Shown: positions 29,212 through 38,321 of the stretch, one piece after another
Layout of the letters: each line of letters begins with the position of its first letter
Numbering within the stretch: the first letter of the stretch is position 1
Source of the DNA: Candidatus Margulisiibacteriota bacterium
GTDB lineage: Bacteria; Margulisbacteria; Marinamargulisbacteria; JBFWNS01
Direction of reading: 5' to 3'
Length of the DNA stretch: 64,000 bases
Assembly: GCA_050250935.1 (NCBI GenBank)
Contig: JBFWNS010000001.1
Span: 480,001 to 544,000, forward strand
Position numbers and translations under genes: made by a program
The notes under the pieces: model-generated
Databases searched by the model: none
The model's input: only the letters and a program-made list of their open reading frames with translations
Told to the model about the DNA's origin: nothing

Positions 29212-30957
29212 TTACAGCAGGGTTCCTTCAAATAGGGCAATGATGTCATTCAGCTTTTGTGGCGGGGTTTTGAAGGTTGGCGGTGGCGGTGGTGTTGGGG
29301 CTGCGGCTTGGGCCGTTTCTGGCGTGGCTTGGCTGGTTTGGGTTGTGCTTGGGGGATCGCCAATCACCCATTTGAGCGGAGAGCCAAAGGCCGCCGAAAG
29401 CCCTTCGCGAATGGCCGATTGGCTGGCGGGTTCTGCTAGTTTTTCTCGGTAGAATTTAAAGTCTTGTTTGAGTTTGATGTACAAGGTGTCGCCCAAATGG
29501 GCCAAGGGCATGGCGTTACTCGAGACGATGGTGTACAGCGCGCGGTTGTGGGTTTTAAGGTGATCCAAAAACGGTTTCCAAGCGCCTTCGATGCTGGGAG
29601 ATCCGCTGGGCATTGGGGGCAGGTCTTCTTTGGGTTCGGGTTCTGGCGTGGGTTGGGCTACCGGTTGTGGGGCTGGCGCAGGGGCTTGAACCTGGGGTTG
29701 AGGCGCAACCGGTGCCATGGGGGCGGGTTTGGCTTGGGCCGCCGGTGCTGTTGCAACGGGTTCTGGAGCCACTGGCGCAGGGGGTACAGGTTTGGGTGGC
29801 GGCGGGGGTGCAACAGGGGCCGGTCGGGGAGGTTCGGGTTGGGCTTGAACCGCTGCAACTTGTTGCACAGGCGGGGTGCTGGTGCCATGTAACAGGCTAA
29901 GGCATTTAATCTGAATTAACAGTTCGGGGTTGGGGAACCAGCGCAGGTCGGTTTCGAGTTTGGCGAAGGCTTCGAGTAGGGTTCGAATGTCCTCGAACGA
30001 GGCGGTTTTGGCCACAGTTTGGAGGGCTTGCAGTCGGGATTCATCCACATCCAACAGCTCGGACAGGGACAATTTTAAATAGAGCAATTGCTTAAAAATC
30101 AGGCAGATGTCGGCATTGAGTTGCAGCACATGGACCCCGCCGTTAATCATGCTCATCAGGGTGGTCATGGCCTCTGGGGCGTTTTTGCCCAGCATCTGTT
30201 GGGTAAACTGAATCAGTTGGTCGATGCTGGCCGAGCCCAGCAGAAACGACACGTCGTCGGTGTCGATGCTTGTGCCTTTAAACGAATACACTTGATTGAG
30301 CAGGGTTAAGGCGTCTCTCAAACTTCCCCCGGCGTTTTGGGCAATCAGGTGAAGGCCGGCTTCTGGAATGGCAATGCCTTCGTGGGCTGCGATGCTGCCC
30401 AAGTGGCCAATGACTTCGTTTAAGGTGAGCTTTTTAAAGTGCAATTGCTGACAGCGAGAATGAATGGTGATGGGCAATTTGTGGGGCTCTGTGGTGGCCA
30501 AAACAAACAGGGTGTTGGCTGGGGGTTCTTCCAGGGTTTTAAGCAAGGCATTAAAGGCCCCGGTGCTGAGCATATGGGCCTCGTCGATGATGTAGAGTTT
30601 GTACACACATTCAACCGGCGCAAAGTGAATTTGTTCGTTTAGAACGCGGATGTTGTCGACCCCGGTGTTGGAGGCCGCATCGATTTCGATGACGTCTACT
30701 GCCGAGCCGCGGGTGATTTTTTCGCAAAGGTCGCAAGTGAGGCAAGGGGTGGTGGTTTTGCCGTTACGGCAATTCAGCGACTTGGCCAAAATGCGGGCCA
30801 TCGAGGTTTTTCCGGTGCCCCGTGGACCCGAAAAAATATAGGCTTGGCTGAGGCGGTCGCCGGTGATGGCATTGCCAAGGGTGCGCACAATGTGTTGCTG
30901 GCCCACAATGTCGGCGAAAGATTGAGACCGGTATTTGCGATAAAATGTTTGGCTCAT
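29212..30957 (-). CDS. dnaX: DNA polymerase III gamma/tau subunit
   Basis: YRKYR, GPRGTGKT, EIDAASN, DEAHML, KTLEEPP; Pro/Ala-rich linker. Confidence 0.97.
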   Translation of the reverse strand: MSQTFYRKYRSQSFADIVGQQHIVRTLGNAITGDRLSQAYIFSGPRGTGKTSMARILAKSLNCRNGKTTTPCLTCDLCEKITRGSAVDVIEIDAASNTGVDNIRVLNEQIHFAPVECVYKLYIIDEAHMLSTGAFNALLKTLEEPPANTLFVLATTEPHKLPITIHSRCQQLHFKKLTLNEVIGHLGSIAAHEGIAIPEAGLHLIAQNAGGSLRDALTLLNQVYSFKGTSIDTDDVSFLLGSASIDQLIQFTQQMLGKNAPEAMTTLMSMINGGVHVLQLNADICLIFKQLLYLKLSLSELLDVDESRLQALQTVAKTASFEDIRTLLEAFAKLETDLRWFPNPELLIQIKCLSLLHGTSTPPVQQVAAVQAQPEPPRPAPVAPPPPPKPVPPAPVAPEPVATAPAAQAKPAPMAPVAPQPQVQAPAPAPQPVAQPTPEPEPKEDLPPMPSGSPSIEGAWKPFLDHLKTHNRALYTIVSSNAMPLAHLGDTLYIKLKQDFKFYREKLAEPASQSAIREGLSAAFGSPLKWVIGDPPSTTQTSQATPETAQAAAPTPPPPPTFKTPPQKLNDIIALFEGTLL

Positions 30958-30983
30958 GGGCGCACTAGTGTATCATGGCAGCT

Positions 30984-32054
30984 ATGATGCGCGCAGCCAT
31001 TTTTTTGTGGGTTTATCCCAAGATTCGCAGTACTGTCAAAGCCTGGACGCAGTTCGTACAACGCCTGCGTGGCGAGGTTCCCGATTTGGAAGCCACGTTG
31101 TTGGCTGGCCACTGGTTTTTGAAGCGGTTAAGCGGGTTGCGCCGCTGGTTGTTTGCCTTCGATATTCCCAAAGGCATTGGGGTCGAAGTGGGTGGTCTTT
31201 ATTTTCCCTCGCCCCTGATTTTGGCGGCCTTTGAAGGCGATATCGATGTGGTGGGTCTGTGGATGGGGTTTGGCTTGGGAGGCGGGACGCTTAAGACCAT
31301 CTTAAAAGACCCTCGTCCTGGAAATCCAAGGCCTCGGATTCAAGAAATTCGAACCCCAGCTGGGTTGGGATTGATCAATGCCATGGGCTTGCCTGGAAAA
31401 GGCGTGTCGGCGTTTTTAGCCTCCTTGGAAGTGGATCTGTTGGCCATCGAAGACGATAAACCCATTGGCCTTAGCATTGGCGGGCATTCGGTGGCCGAAT
31501 ATATCGAGAATTTGGTGGCCGTAGATGTGGCGGTAAACCGGTTTTCGGCGTCTTTGTCGAAACGGTTTTATTATGAGCTGAACATCAGTTGTCCGAATAC
31601 GCCGGATGGGCAAAATTTATTGAAACACCCCGAGTTGTTGGTTTCGATTTTGCAGGCTGCAAGGGCCCAAACCACCCGGCTTATTTCGGTGAAACTGTCT
31701 CCCGATCAATCCGATGCGGATTTGCTTCAGTTCGCTACTTTGATTCGGCCCTTTCCCAACCTTGCTTTAACCTTGGGAAACACCCAATACCGACGCTGTG
31801 CTGATCTGGGGTTGCCCGAATCGGCCATCAGTGTGGGTGGCGGGGGCTTAAGTGGTCCGGAGCTCTATGCCCGAACTTTGGCCATGGTTCAGTTGTTGGC
31901 GCCGTTTGGCCTGCCGATGATTGCCACGGGTGGGGTGTCTGGGGCCGAGCAAGTGAAGGCCTTACAGGCCGCAGGGGCGAGTTTGGTTGGGGTGGCCACG
32001 GCTGTGGTTCAAAATCCCTATCGCATTCCCATCATCAACGCTGCGCTTAAATAG
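30984..32054 (+). CDS. pyrD: Dihydroorotate dehydrogenase-like flavoprotein
   Basis: PGNPRPR, INAMGLPGKG, ELNISCPNT, VKLSPD, GGLSG, IATGGV. Confidence 0.8.
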   Translation: MMRAAIFLWVYPKIRSTVKAWTQFVQRLRGEVPDLEATLLAGHWFLKRLSGLRRWLFAFDIPKGIGVEVGGLYFPSPLILAAFEGDIDVVGLWMGFGLGGGTLKTILKDPRPGNPRPRIQEIRTPAGLGLINAMGLPGKGVSAFLASLEVDLLAIEDDKPIGLSIGGHSVAEYIENLVAVDVAVNRFSASLSKRFYYELNISCPNTPDGQNLLKHPELLVSILQAARAQTTRLISVKLSPDQSDADLLQFATLIRPFPNLALTLGNTQYRRCADLGLPESAISVGGGGLSGPELYARTLAMVQLLAPFGLPMIATGGVSGAEQVKALQAAGASLVGVATAVVQNPYRIPIINAALK

Positions 32055-33043
32055 GGTTTCAGGAACACAGCCCCGATCAGGACAGACAAAAACGCCATCA
32101 ATACCACCATCACCCAAAACTTGCCGGATTCGTAAAAAGGTTTGCGGTCTTGGTTGAAAATGTAGGACAGGGCAATGGCAAAAATCAGGATGATGTCCGC
32201 CATAGCGGTGCAGAGCACCAGGGCGTCTTTTAAGGAAAAATGCTGGGTGGTTTGAATCATAAAAAAGGCCAGCATTAAAAAGGCGCTAAACAGGCCAAAG
32301 ACCTCGATCAAGCGGCGGCGTTCGAGTTCTGATAGGGCTTTGAGGGCCGAGGCCGAGTTCATCAGTTGGTCTTGGATTTGCTGGTGGTCGTGGTGGCGGT
32401 CGACCAGCAATTGGAGGTGATGTTGAAGGGTGGCGTCCAGATAGTGGGGGTTGTGCTGCATGGCGTTCAAGAGGGTACTGGCTTCGGCCGTTTTTCGGTG
32501 TTTCCACAACCAGTGCAGGTAGCTTTTTTCAAATTCAAAAAGGGTTTGGATTAAAAAGGGGTTTTGAAGGTCCAATTTAAGGGTTTTGGTTATGGCCTCG
32601 TGGGCATCGGACCATTGGCCTTTGGCCTGCAAAAAATGCGCATGGTGCAGTTGAAATTCGGCGTTGGTGGGGTAGGTGGCCAACAAGCTTTCCAAATAGC
32701 GGCCCATGTAGTCGCTTTTGGTGGGAAACAGTTGGCAGAGCAAGGCCAATTCCAGAAACAAGAGGGGTTCTTTTTCGGTGTCGCCAAGGCCTTCCATGCG
32801 GTCTTTGAGCAGGCGTTGAAAGGGAACGGGGTCTGTGGCCACAGCCTGTTTGGCAAAGGTGCGAACATTTTGGCGCCAACGGGGCTGCCAGGTGGCCGGG
32901 TGAAACGATTTTTTTTGTTTGACCGTTTCCAAATAGGCTGAAAACCGACCCAAAACCCCCGTTTCGCCATCCCATTGACCATGAGACAGCAGGGTTAAAA
33001 TTTCGTTAAGGCCATCCAGGTGAATATCGGCTATGCCAGTCAT
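32018..33043 (-). CDS. Hypothetical protein: TPR-like helical domain plus 3 C-terminal TM helices
   Basis: YPTNAEFQLHHAHFL..GQWSDA TPR-like pattern; hydrophobic C-terminus. Confidence 0.65.
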   Translation of the reverse strand: MTGIADIHLDGLNEILTLLSHGQWDGETGVLGRFSAYLETVKQKKSFHPATWQPRWRQNVRTFAKQAVATDPVPFQRLLKDRMEGLGDTEKEPLLFLELALLCQLFPTKSDYMGRYLESLLATYPTNAEFQLHHAHFLQAKGQWSDAHEAITKTLKLDLQNPFLIQTLFEFEKSYLHWLWKHRKTAEASTLLNAMQHNPHYLDATLQHHLQLLVDRHHDHQQIQDQLMNSASALKALSELERRRLIEVFGLFSAFLMLAFFMIQTTQHFSLKDALVLCTAMADIILIFAIALSYIFNQDRKPFYESGKFWVMVVLMAFLSVLIGAVFLKPYLSAALMMGMR

Positions 33044-33053
33044 GACCCCATCA

Positions 33054-33090
33054 TACGTCAGTTGGGTCTAAACGAGAATGGGGTTTTTGT
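33054..33090. repeat. 37-bp direct repeat, copy 1
   Basis: tacgtcagttgggtctaaacgagaatggggtttttgt; 35/37 identical to 34674-34710. Confidence 0.9.
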
Positions 33091-33142
33091 GGGCTCTCCC
33101 AGACCCGGGTGTTGGCTTGGTTGGTCTGGGATGCTTGATTTA

Positions 33143-34525
33143 CTACTGTGTAATTTTTGCTTGAATTTGCGTGGCTAGGTCTACGCAATTCTGTGCGAAG
33201 AGAGCAGTTGCTGCTGGCGTAGTGCCTGCTGCCTTTGCAGCCTCAACGATAGCGCTGCTGGCAGCCCTCATTTTGGTTGCGCCAATCCAATCTCTCATAT
33301 AAGCGATGTCGCTTAAGCGCCTTCCAAGGCTTGTTCGCTGTGGCATGACCGTTACAGGGAAGTTGGGTTGTAAAAATCGTAATACCTCGGTGAACACAGT
33401 GTGTAGATAGCTTACAACGTCTTGGCTGGACGTTGCCGCTAATAAGCAAGTGTCCAATGACTCGCCCTTAAGTTTTGTTTGTAAGACATTGGGTTGGTTG
33501 AGGGTGTCAAAAACAAATCTTGCCAAAGCAGACCGATTTTCCACAAGCCTAAATGATTCTTTTTGGGGTACTTGGGTACCATACAAGACGGTGCAAATAG
33601 ACGCTTGTGGGCCTTTTGTCCACCAGTCTAAGATGATGTCAACAACCAGTTTTTTTAGGAAAAAGCTTTGTTCGGTTCTTTGATTTGGGGGTAAATTTAT
33701 TAGCCTATTTATTTCATCATCAATGTTATCCATTGATGTGGGTTTGCCCTTCTGCCATGCGGCGGGGACCCCAGTGCCGTTGGTTTTGGTTTTGGAGGAA
33801 AAGTGACTTGTAACCAAGCTGTTTATCCCGTTTACGGCCGGGGTTGCGGGTATAGTTGTGGGTACGCCATGCTTAATGGCGAGAAAATTGGCAATGGGTG
33901 CGTTTCCACGTGCCGTAACATCTTGAACCTGTCGGTTGAGTTGGCCTAGGGTATCGGCTAAAAGTAATTGAGAATCATTTGTTAAATGGCGAGCGGCCCC
34001 TCTTTTAGAACTTATGCGTCCTATCAGAGCAAGAAATGCCGTGACAGCTGCTCCAACGCCTAGGGCTATGATTGCGCTTGTCGACGTTCTAGCGTTGTTT
34101 TCGGTTATTTGGCCGGTTTCTTGATTAATACACAATGCGTGATCGAGATCGGTACCTCCAGGAAGTTTTTCAATACAGTTTTGTTGTATTAGTGTGATGT
34201 TGAAACCGGCCACTTTTTTGGCCATCATGGCAAGCAAACCCAGTACTAAAAGGGGTTTTGAAGGCCTGCTATTTAAGCTTGTTGCAAGAGGTGCTTTTGA
34301 GGCGCTTTGGGGGGCTGGTGTTGGCTGTTTTTTCGGAGGATTTTGGGTTACAATCCGCGCCTGTGCTGAGGCCAAGGTGCTTGCAGTGTCGGGGGTTGAT
34401 TTTGGTGCAACAGGGGCTGCTGGGACCTTGACCTTGGGACTATTGAGGAGTCTAACTGGAGTGCGTTCGCCTTCGCGTGGAAGGCCGGTAAATTGGTTGG
34501 AGACACTAATGGGGGCAATAGACAT
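33143..34525 (-). CDS. Hypothetical two-TM effector-like protein A
   Basis: S/P/T-rich N-terminus, two hydrophobic segments, C-terminal domain homologous to 35269..37116; GAGG RBS. Confidence 0.8.
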   Translation of the reverse strand: MSIAPISVSNQFTGLPREGERTPVRLLNSPKVKVPAAPVAPKSTPDTASTLASAQARIVTQNPPKKQPTPAPQSASKAPLATSLNSRPSKPLLVLGLLAMMAKKVAGFNITLIQQNCIEKLPGGTDLDHALCINQETGQITENNARTSTSAIIALGVGAAVTAFLALIGRISSKRGAARHLTNDSQLLLADTLGQLNRQVQDVTARGNAPIANFLAIKHGVPTTIPATPAVNGINSLVTSHFSSKTKTNGTGVPAAWQKGKPTSMDNIDDEINRLINLPPNQRTEQSFFLKKLVVDIILDWWTKGPQASICTVLYGTQVPQKESFRLVENRSALARFVFDTLNQPNVLQTKLKGESLDTCLLAATSSQDVVSYLHTVFTEVLRFLQPNFPVTVMPQRTSLGRRLSDIAYMRDWIGATKMRAASSAIVEAAKAAGTTPAATALFAQNCVDLATQIQAKITQ

Positions 34526-34584
34526 TTTTTTCCTCTCTTTAGGGCAGGTTTAATTTTTCGATGTAATTTTAAATCGATACAATG

Positions 34585-34615
34585 GTTATCGAATAGGGTT
34601 TATGTGAAATTTCAA
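34585..34615 (-). promoter_or_regulatory. Sigma28 (FliA)-like promoter of protein A gene
   Basis: Minus strand TTGAAATTT-N13-TTCGATAAC, same as upstream of 37116. Confidence 0.6.
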
Positions 34616-34673
34616 TTTTTTTTCGCCCTTGTACAATTTTGACAATAATTCCATCAGAAAACGACCAATAGTT

Positions 34674-34710
34674 TACGTTAGTTGGGTCTAAACGAGAATG
34701 GGATTTTTGT
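34674..34710. repeat. 37-bp direct repeat, copy 2 (spans the 3' end of the HAD gene)
   Basis: tacgttagttgggtctaaacgagaatgggatttttgt. Confidence 0.9.
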
Positions 34711-35260
34711 AAAAGGTGGGGAGCACCCAGGTGGTGTTGGCGGGGAGGTCGAAGGGTGGTTTTTGATCGTCCACCCAGACCAAGCTGTCGTGTTGGTTGG
34801 CCAGGGTCCAAATGGCCTCTTGTTTGAAGGCCCACAAGGGACGATAGTCCCCATTTTTTCGCATTTGCAAGCCTTGGTAGGGAATCGCAAATTTGGACAA
34901 GAACGCCTCGGTTTTGGGGCGGCAGGCTTCGTTTCGGTTGGTTAAAAAAATTACCGAAGGCGAGGCTTCTTGAAGGGCGCCAATGGCTTCGGGGAAGGGG
35001 CAGTCGTTTTCCAGGTCCAAGCTGGCCAGCCAGGCATAAAATTCGGGGGAGAAGGCATCGCGGTGGGGGCAATCCATGGACAGGTGGAAATGGTCGGTTT
35101 GCTGGGGTTTACACAGGTCTCCGTCTTGAATAAAGGTCCCATCGTGCGCCACTACTGGGCAATGATGCGGCCCTGTTGCCAAGCACGCGACCCAGTAGGG
35201 GTCGCGGCCAGGCTTGGGGGCGCAGATGGTAAAGTCGATGTCGGAGACCAGTTGGGGCAT
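34688..35260 (-). CDS. HAD-superfamily phosphatase (polynucleotide 3'-phosphatase-like)
   Basis: SDIDFT (motif I), FLTNR (II), MRKNGDYRP..K (III), VDD (IV). Confidence 0.75.
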   Translation of the reverse strand: MPQLVSDIDFTICAPKPGRDPYWVACLATGPHHCPVVAHDGTFIQDGDLCKPQQTDHFHLSMDCPHRDAFSPEFYAWLASLDLENDCPFPEAIGALQEASPSVIFLTNRNEACRPKTEAFLSKFAIPYQGLQMRKNGDYRPLWAFKQEAIWTLANQHDSLVWVDDQKPPFDLPANTTWVLPTFYKNPILV

Positions 35261-35268
35261 GGGTCTTA

Positions 35269-37116
35269 TTATTGTTTGGTGATTTTTGCTTCGATTTGGG
35301 CTGCAAGATTGCTTGCTTGTGGTTTGTTTGTATTTATACCAGTGGCTTCTCTTGTTAAGCGTTCACACTCCGCTGTCATAGCGTTTTTACCTACTTTGCT
35401 TCTCATTGCAGACAGATCGTCTGCCTTCTGTCTAAACCACCCTGTTTTTTCTGGAGTGGCTGTTCCAACAAAATGGGTCAGTAAATGTGTTTGAACAACG
35501 TCTGCCACTTTATTGATATGAGTGACAACCGCTTGGTCTGTGGCCCCGCTCCTGCACAATACTGTGTCCAGTGTTTCCCCTTTAAGTTCTGGTTGTGTTG
35601 GGAAATCCAGTGTTGATCTTACGTACCGGGCAATGGCGGATCGGGTTTCTGCAAACAATCGATCTTTCAATGGCTCAGTAATTTCTAGTACGCTGCATAG
35701 TGAAGCTTCGGGGCCATCTATCCACCACTGTAAGACAGCATCGATAATTAGGTTTTTCAAAAAGCTACTTTGTGTTGTGATAGTAGTTTTATTCTGCAAT
35801 AGATTTGAGATTTCGGTGCTGATGTGGGCCATTGTTACTGGGATTATTGTTCCAGTAGTGCCTGTCCAGGTTGGGAGTTGTTGTGGCTGTTGTTGCTGTT
35901 GTGGTTGTAGTGCAGTAAATTTGATTATCAGACTATCGATGCCTTCTCTTGCTACTTGAGCCCCTACACCTGTGGTGCCGGTGGCGCTCCCGTGTCGGAT
36001 AGCGTTAAAGTTTGGTTGGGTCGCATTAATATTCATGTTGGTGGCTACAGCGTTTTGAGCCTTACGGTTGAGATGATGAAGATTTCTTGCGACAAGTTCA
36101 TCTGTGTGGCGCATTAAATGTTTTGCCGCTCCCCAACGCCAACCGAGAAGTGCTGCAAGTGATACAACAACTCCTGTCGCAGCGGCGGTACCCAAAACGC
36201 CAGATACGGTTGTGGCTGTGCTGGCTGCGCCCGAGGCAGTACTTGCTGCGCCCGAGGCAGTACTTGCTGCGCTGGCGGCTGTGTTGGCAGCTGTTGATGC
36301 TGCGCTGGCGGCTGTGGTTGCAGAACTGGATGCTGCAACTGTGGCGTTTCTTAATTCGACAAGCGAAAATCGGTTGGCTGCAAGTTCTGTCAGGGCCGTA
36401 GCGAGGCTGCTTTGAGCTTGGTCAATGGCTATTGAACTGTTACCTAGCTCAGCAAAGAGCTCCCCTGCGACGCAGTAGAATGTTTGGGCAACTTGATCGG
36501 TGTCCGGCAGATTTAAAAATTGCTCTTTGCAGGTTGCTACAATGGCAGTAACGTTGGTGGCAGCTGCAGCGGCTCCAAATTGGGAAGCGAAAAGGCCGAG
36601 TGCAGAGACCGTCAAAGCCATCAAGTTTGAAATTGCAGTCTCCCTTGAAGACCCACTAGTAGATTTTAATGTTTGTGCTTCAGGGGTCTGTTTAAGTTGT
36701 TCAATAACATCCTGGGCTTGTTCTCTGGAAAGATTTTGGAACGGTACCACTTTGTCTTGGGTAACCAAATACAACGACGTTGTTTTTCCAGAGTTGCTTG
36801 GAACCTGAATAATTTGAACCCCTGGAAAAGAGGCGGCAAGCGAGAGTTCTGGCTTTTTTCTGCCAGTAGCTTTTTGGTCTGCGAAAATGGCGCGAACAGC
36901 GGAAGGGCTGATGTTTAATTCCTGGGCTAGTTTTGGAAGACTTTGATCGACCACCTGAGCTTGCATGGCGGCCAAAGATTGGGCAGAAACGGTTGAGGGC
37001 AGGGTTGAAGCGGGTGTAGGGCGGTGGCTTTTGGGTGTAGCATCCGCTTCTGGACCTGCAACATTGACTTGGAGGACACTAAACGGATTAACACGGGGTG
37101 TAGCTGCAACAGACAT
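35269..37116 (-). CDS. Hypothetical two-TM effector-like protein B
   Basis: Paralogue of A; Ala/Ser/Thr repeat tract, polyQ; GGAGG RBS. Confidence 0.8.
   Translation of the reverse strand: MSVAATPRVNPFSVLQVNVAGPEADATPKSHRPTPASTLPSTVSAQSLAAMQAQVVDQSLPKLAQELNISPSAVRAIFADQKATGRKKPELSLAASFPGVQIIQVPSNSGKTTSLYLVTQDKVVPFQNLSREQAQDVIEQLKQTPEAQTLKSTSGSSRETAISNLMALTVSALGLFASQFGAAAAATNVTAIVATCKEQFLNLPDTDQVAQTFYCVAGELFAELGNSSIAIDQAQSSLATALTELAANRFSLVELRNATVAASSSATTAASAASTAANTAASAASTASGAASTASGAASTATTVSGVLGTAAATGVVVSLAALLGWRWGAAKHLMRHTDELVARNLHHLNRKAQNAVATNMNINATQPNFNAIRHGSATGTTGVGAQVAREGIDSLIIKFTALQPQQQQQPQQLPTWTGTTGTIIPVTMAHISTEISNLLQNKTTITTQSSFLKNLIIDAVLQWWIDGPEASLCSVLEITEPLKDRLFAETRSAIARYVRSTLDFPTQPELKGETLDTVLCRSGATDQAVVTHINKVADVVQTHLLTHFVGTATPEKTGWFRQKADDLSAMRSKVGKNAMTAECERLTREATGINTNKPQASNLAAQIEAKITKQ
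36224..36272. repeat. In-frame 21-bp tandem repeat (ASTASGA) in protein B
   Basis: gctgcgcccgaggcagtactt twice plus a partial copy. Confidence 0.85.
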
Positions 37117-37175
37117 AATTTTCCTCCCTAAAAAACAACTTTAAATTTTGGACAAACCTAAAAGTCTGTCAAACA

Positions 37176-37206
37176 GTTATCGAAGACTGCCCTGCCAAAA
37201 TTTCAA
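37176..37206 (-). promoter_or_regulatory. Sigma28 (FliA)-like promoter of protein B gene
   Basis: Minus strand TTGAAATTT-N13-TTCGATAAC. Confidence 0.6.
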
Positions 37207-37214
37207 AAACTTTT

Positions 37215-38321
37215 TTACAGGTGTGGTTGTCGTTGATAGTTGGACCCGCCTTGGTCTTGGATTAACCCTTGAAGTTCTAGCCCCGAAAGCAGCGGCAGCA
37301 ACAGGCCAATGGCCAGGCCGGTTTTGACTGCGAGGGCGTCCAAAGAGTGTGGGGTATCCAGATGGGACAGGATGGTTTTTTCGTCTGCAGATAGGGTGTT
37401 GGGCAGTGGGGGGAGGGCTTGGGGTTGTGTGGGAGTGGCTTTGGCCGTGGGTTCAAGGGGGCGGCCCAGTTCGTCGGCAATGTCGTTGGGGGTTTGGACC
37501 AGCTTGGCCCCGTCTTGGATCAGTCGATGAACCCCGGCGGCATGGGGGGAAAAAATCGAGTTTGGAACGGCGAAAACCTCTCGGCCTTGTTCCAGGGCAT
37601 GGCGGGCCGTAATCAGAGAGCCGCTTTTGTCCCCAGCCTCGCAGACCACCACCCCCAAAGACAACCCACTGATGATGCGGTTGCGCTGGGGAAATCGAAA
37701 GGCCAAAGACGGGGTTCCAGGTGGAAATTCCGAAACCATGGCCCCGGTTTGGACCAGGGTTTCGGCCAAGCGTCGGTTTTGGGTGGGATAGACGATGTCT
37801 AGCCCTGTGGCCACCACGGCCACGGTGATAAACCCTTCTTCCAGGGCGGCTTGGTGGGCGGCCGTGTCCACGCCTTCGGCCAGCCCAGATACCGTCGAAA
37901 ATTGGCTTCCCAGCGCCTTAACCAAGGTTTTGGCCACCTGAATGCCATAGGCCGAGGCTTTTCTGGGGCCGACAAACCCAAGGCCAGGCAAGGACAAAAC
38001 CTGGGCATTCCCTTTCAAATAGAGAATGGCTGGGGGATCGGGAATTTCAGAGAGCAGACTGGGGTAGTCTGGGTCTCCCAAACCCAGCATCCGAATGCCT
38101 TGGTTCTCGACCCAGGCACGGTATCGGGTGGGGTTAAACCCGCTGCGCCATTGTAGAAATTTGGTTTTGGTTTCGGCTCGTAGGGCCAAGGGGTCGAACC
38201 AGTCGTCGGGTTTTTGGCGCAGGTCTTCCCAGGTTTCGACGGCTTGTAACAGGGCATGAATGCGGCCAGGGGAATCGGCAAAAATCGAGCTTAAGAACAG
38301 CAGTAAATCGGGATCATGCAT
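37215..38321 (-). CDS. dprA: DNA-processing protein DprA
   Basis: DYPSLLSEIPDPP, VGPRKAS, SGLAEGVD, FPQRNRIISGLS, SGSLITA. Confidence 0.95.
   Translation of the reverse strand: MHDPDLLLFLSSIFADSPGRIHALLQAVETWEDLRQKPDDWFDPLALRAETKTKFLQWRSGFNPTRYRAWVENQGIRMLGLGDPDYPSLLSEIPDPPAILYLKGNAQVLSLPGLGFVGPRKASAYGIQVAKTLVKALGSQFSTVSGLAEGVDTAAHQAALEEGFITVAVVATGLDIVYPTQNRRLAETLVQTGAMVSEFPPGTPSLAFRFPQRNRIISGLSLGVVVCEAGDKSGSLITARHALEQGREVFAVPNSIFSPHAAGVHRLIQDGAKLVQTPNDIADELGRPLEPTAKATPTQPQALPPLPNTLSADEKTILSHLDTPHSLDALAVKTGLAIGLLLPLLSGLELQGLIQDQGGSNYQRQPHL

Noticed and set aside
29212..30957. Programmed -1 frameshift in dnaX
   Set aside because: No A-AAA-AAG slippery site noticed by eye; the Pro/Ala linker is normal for tau
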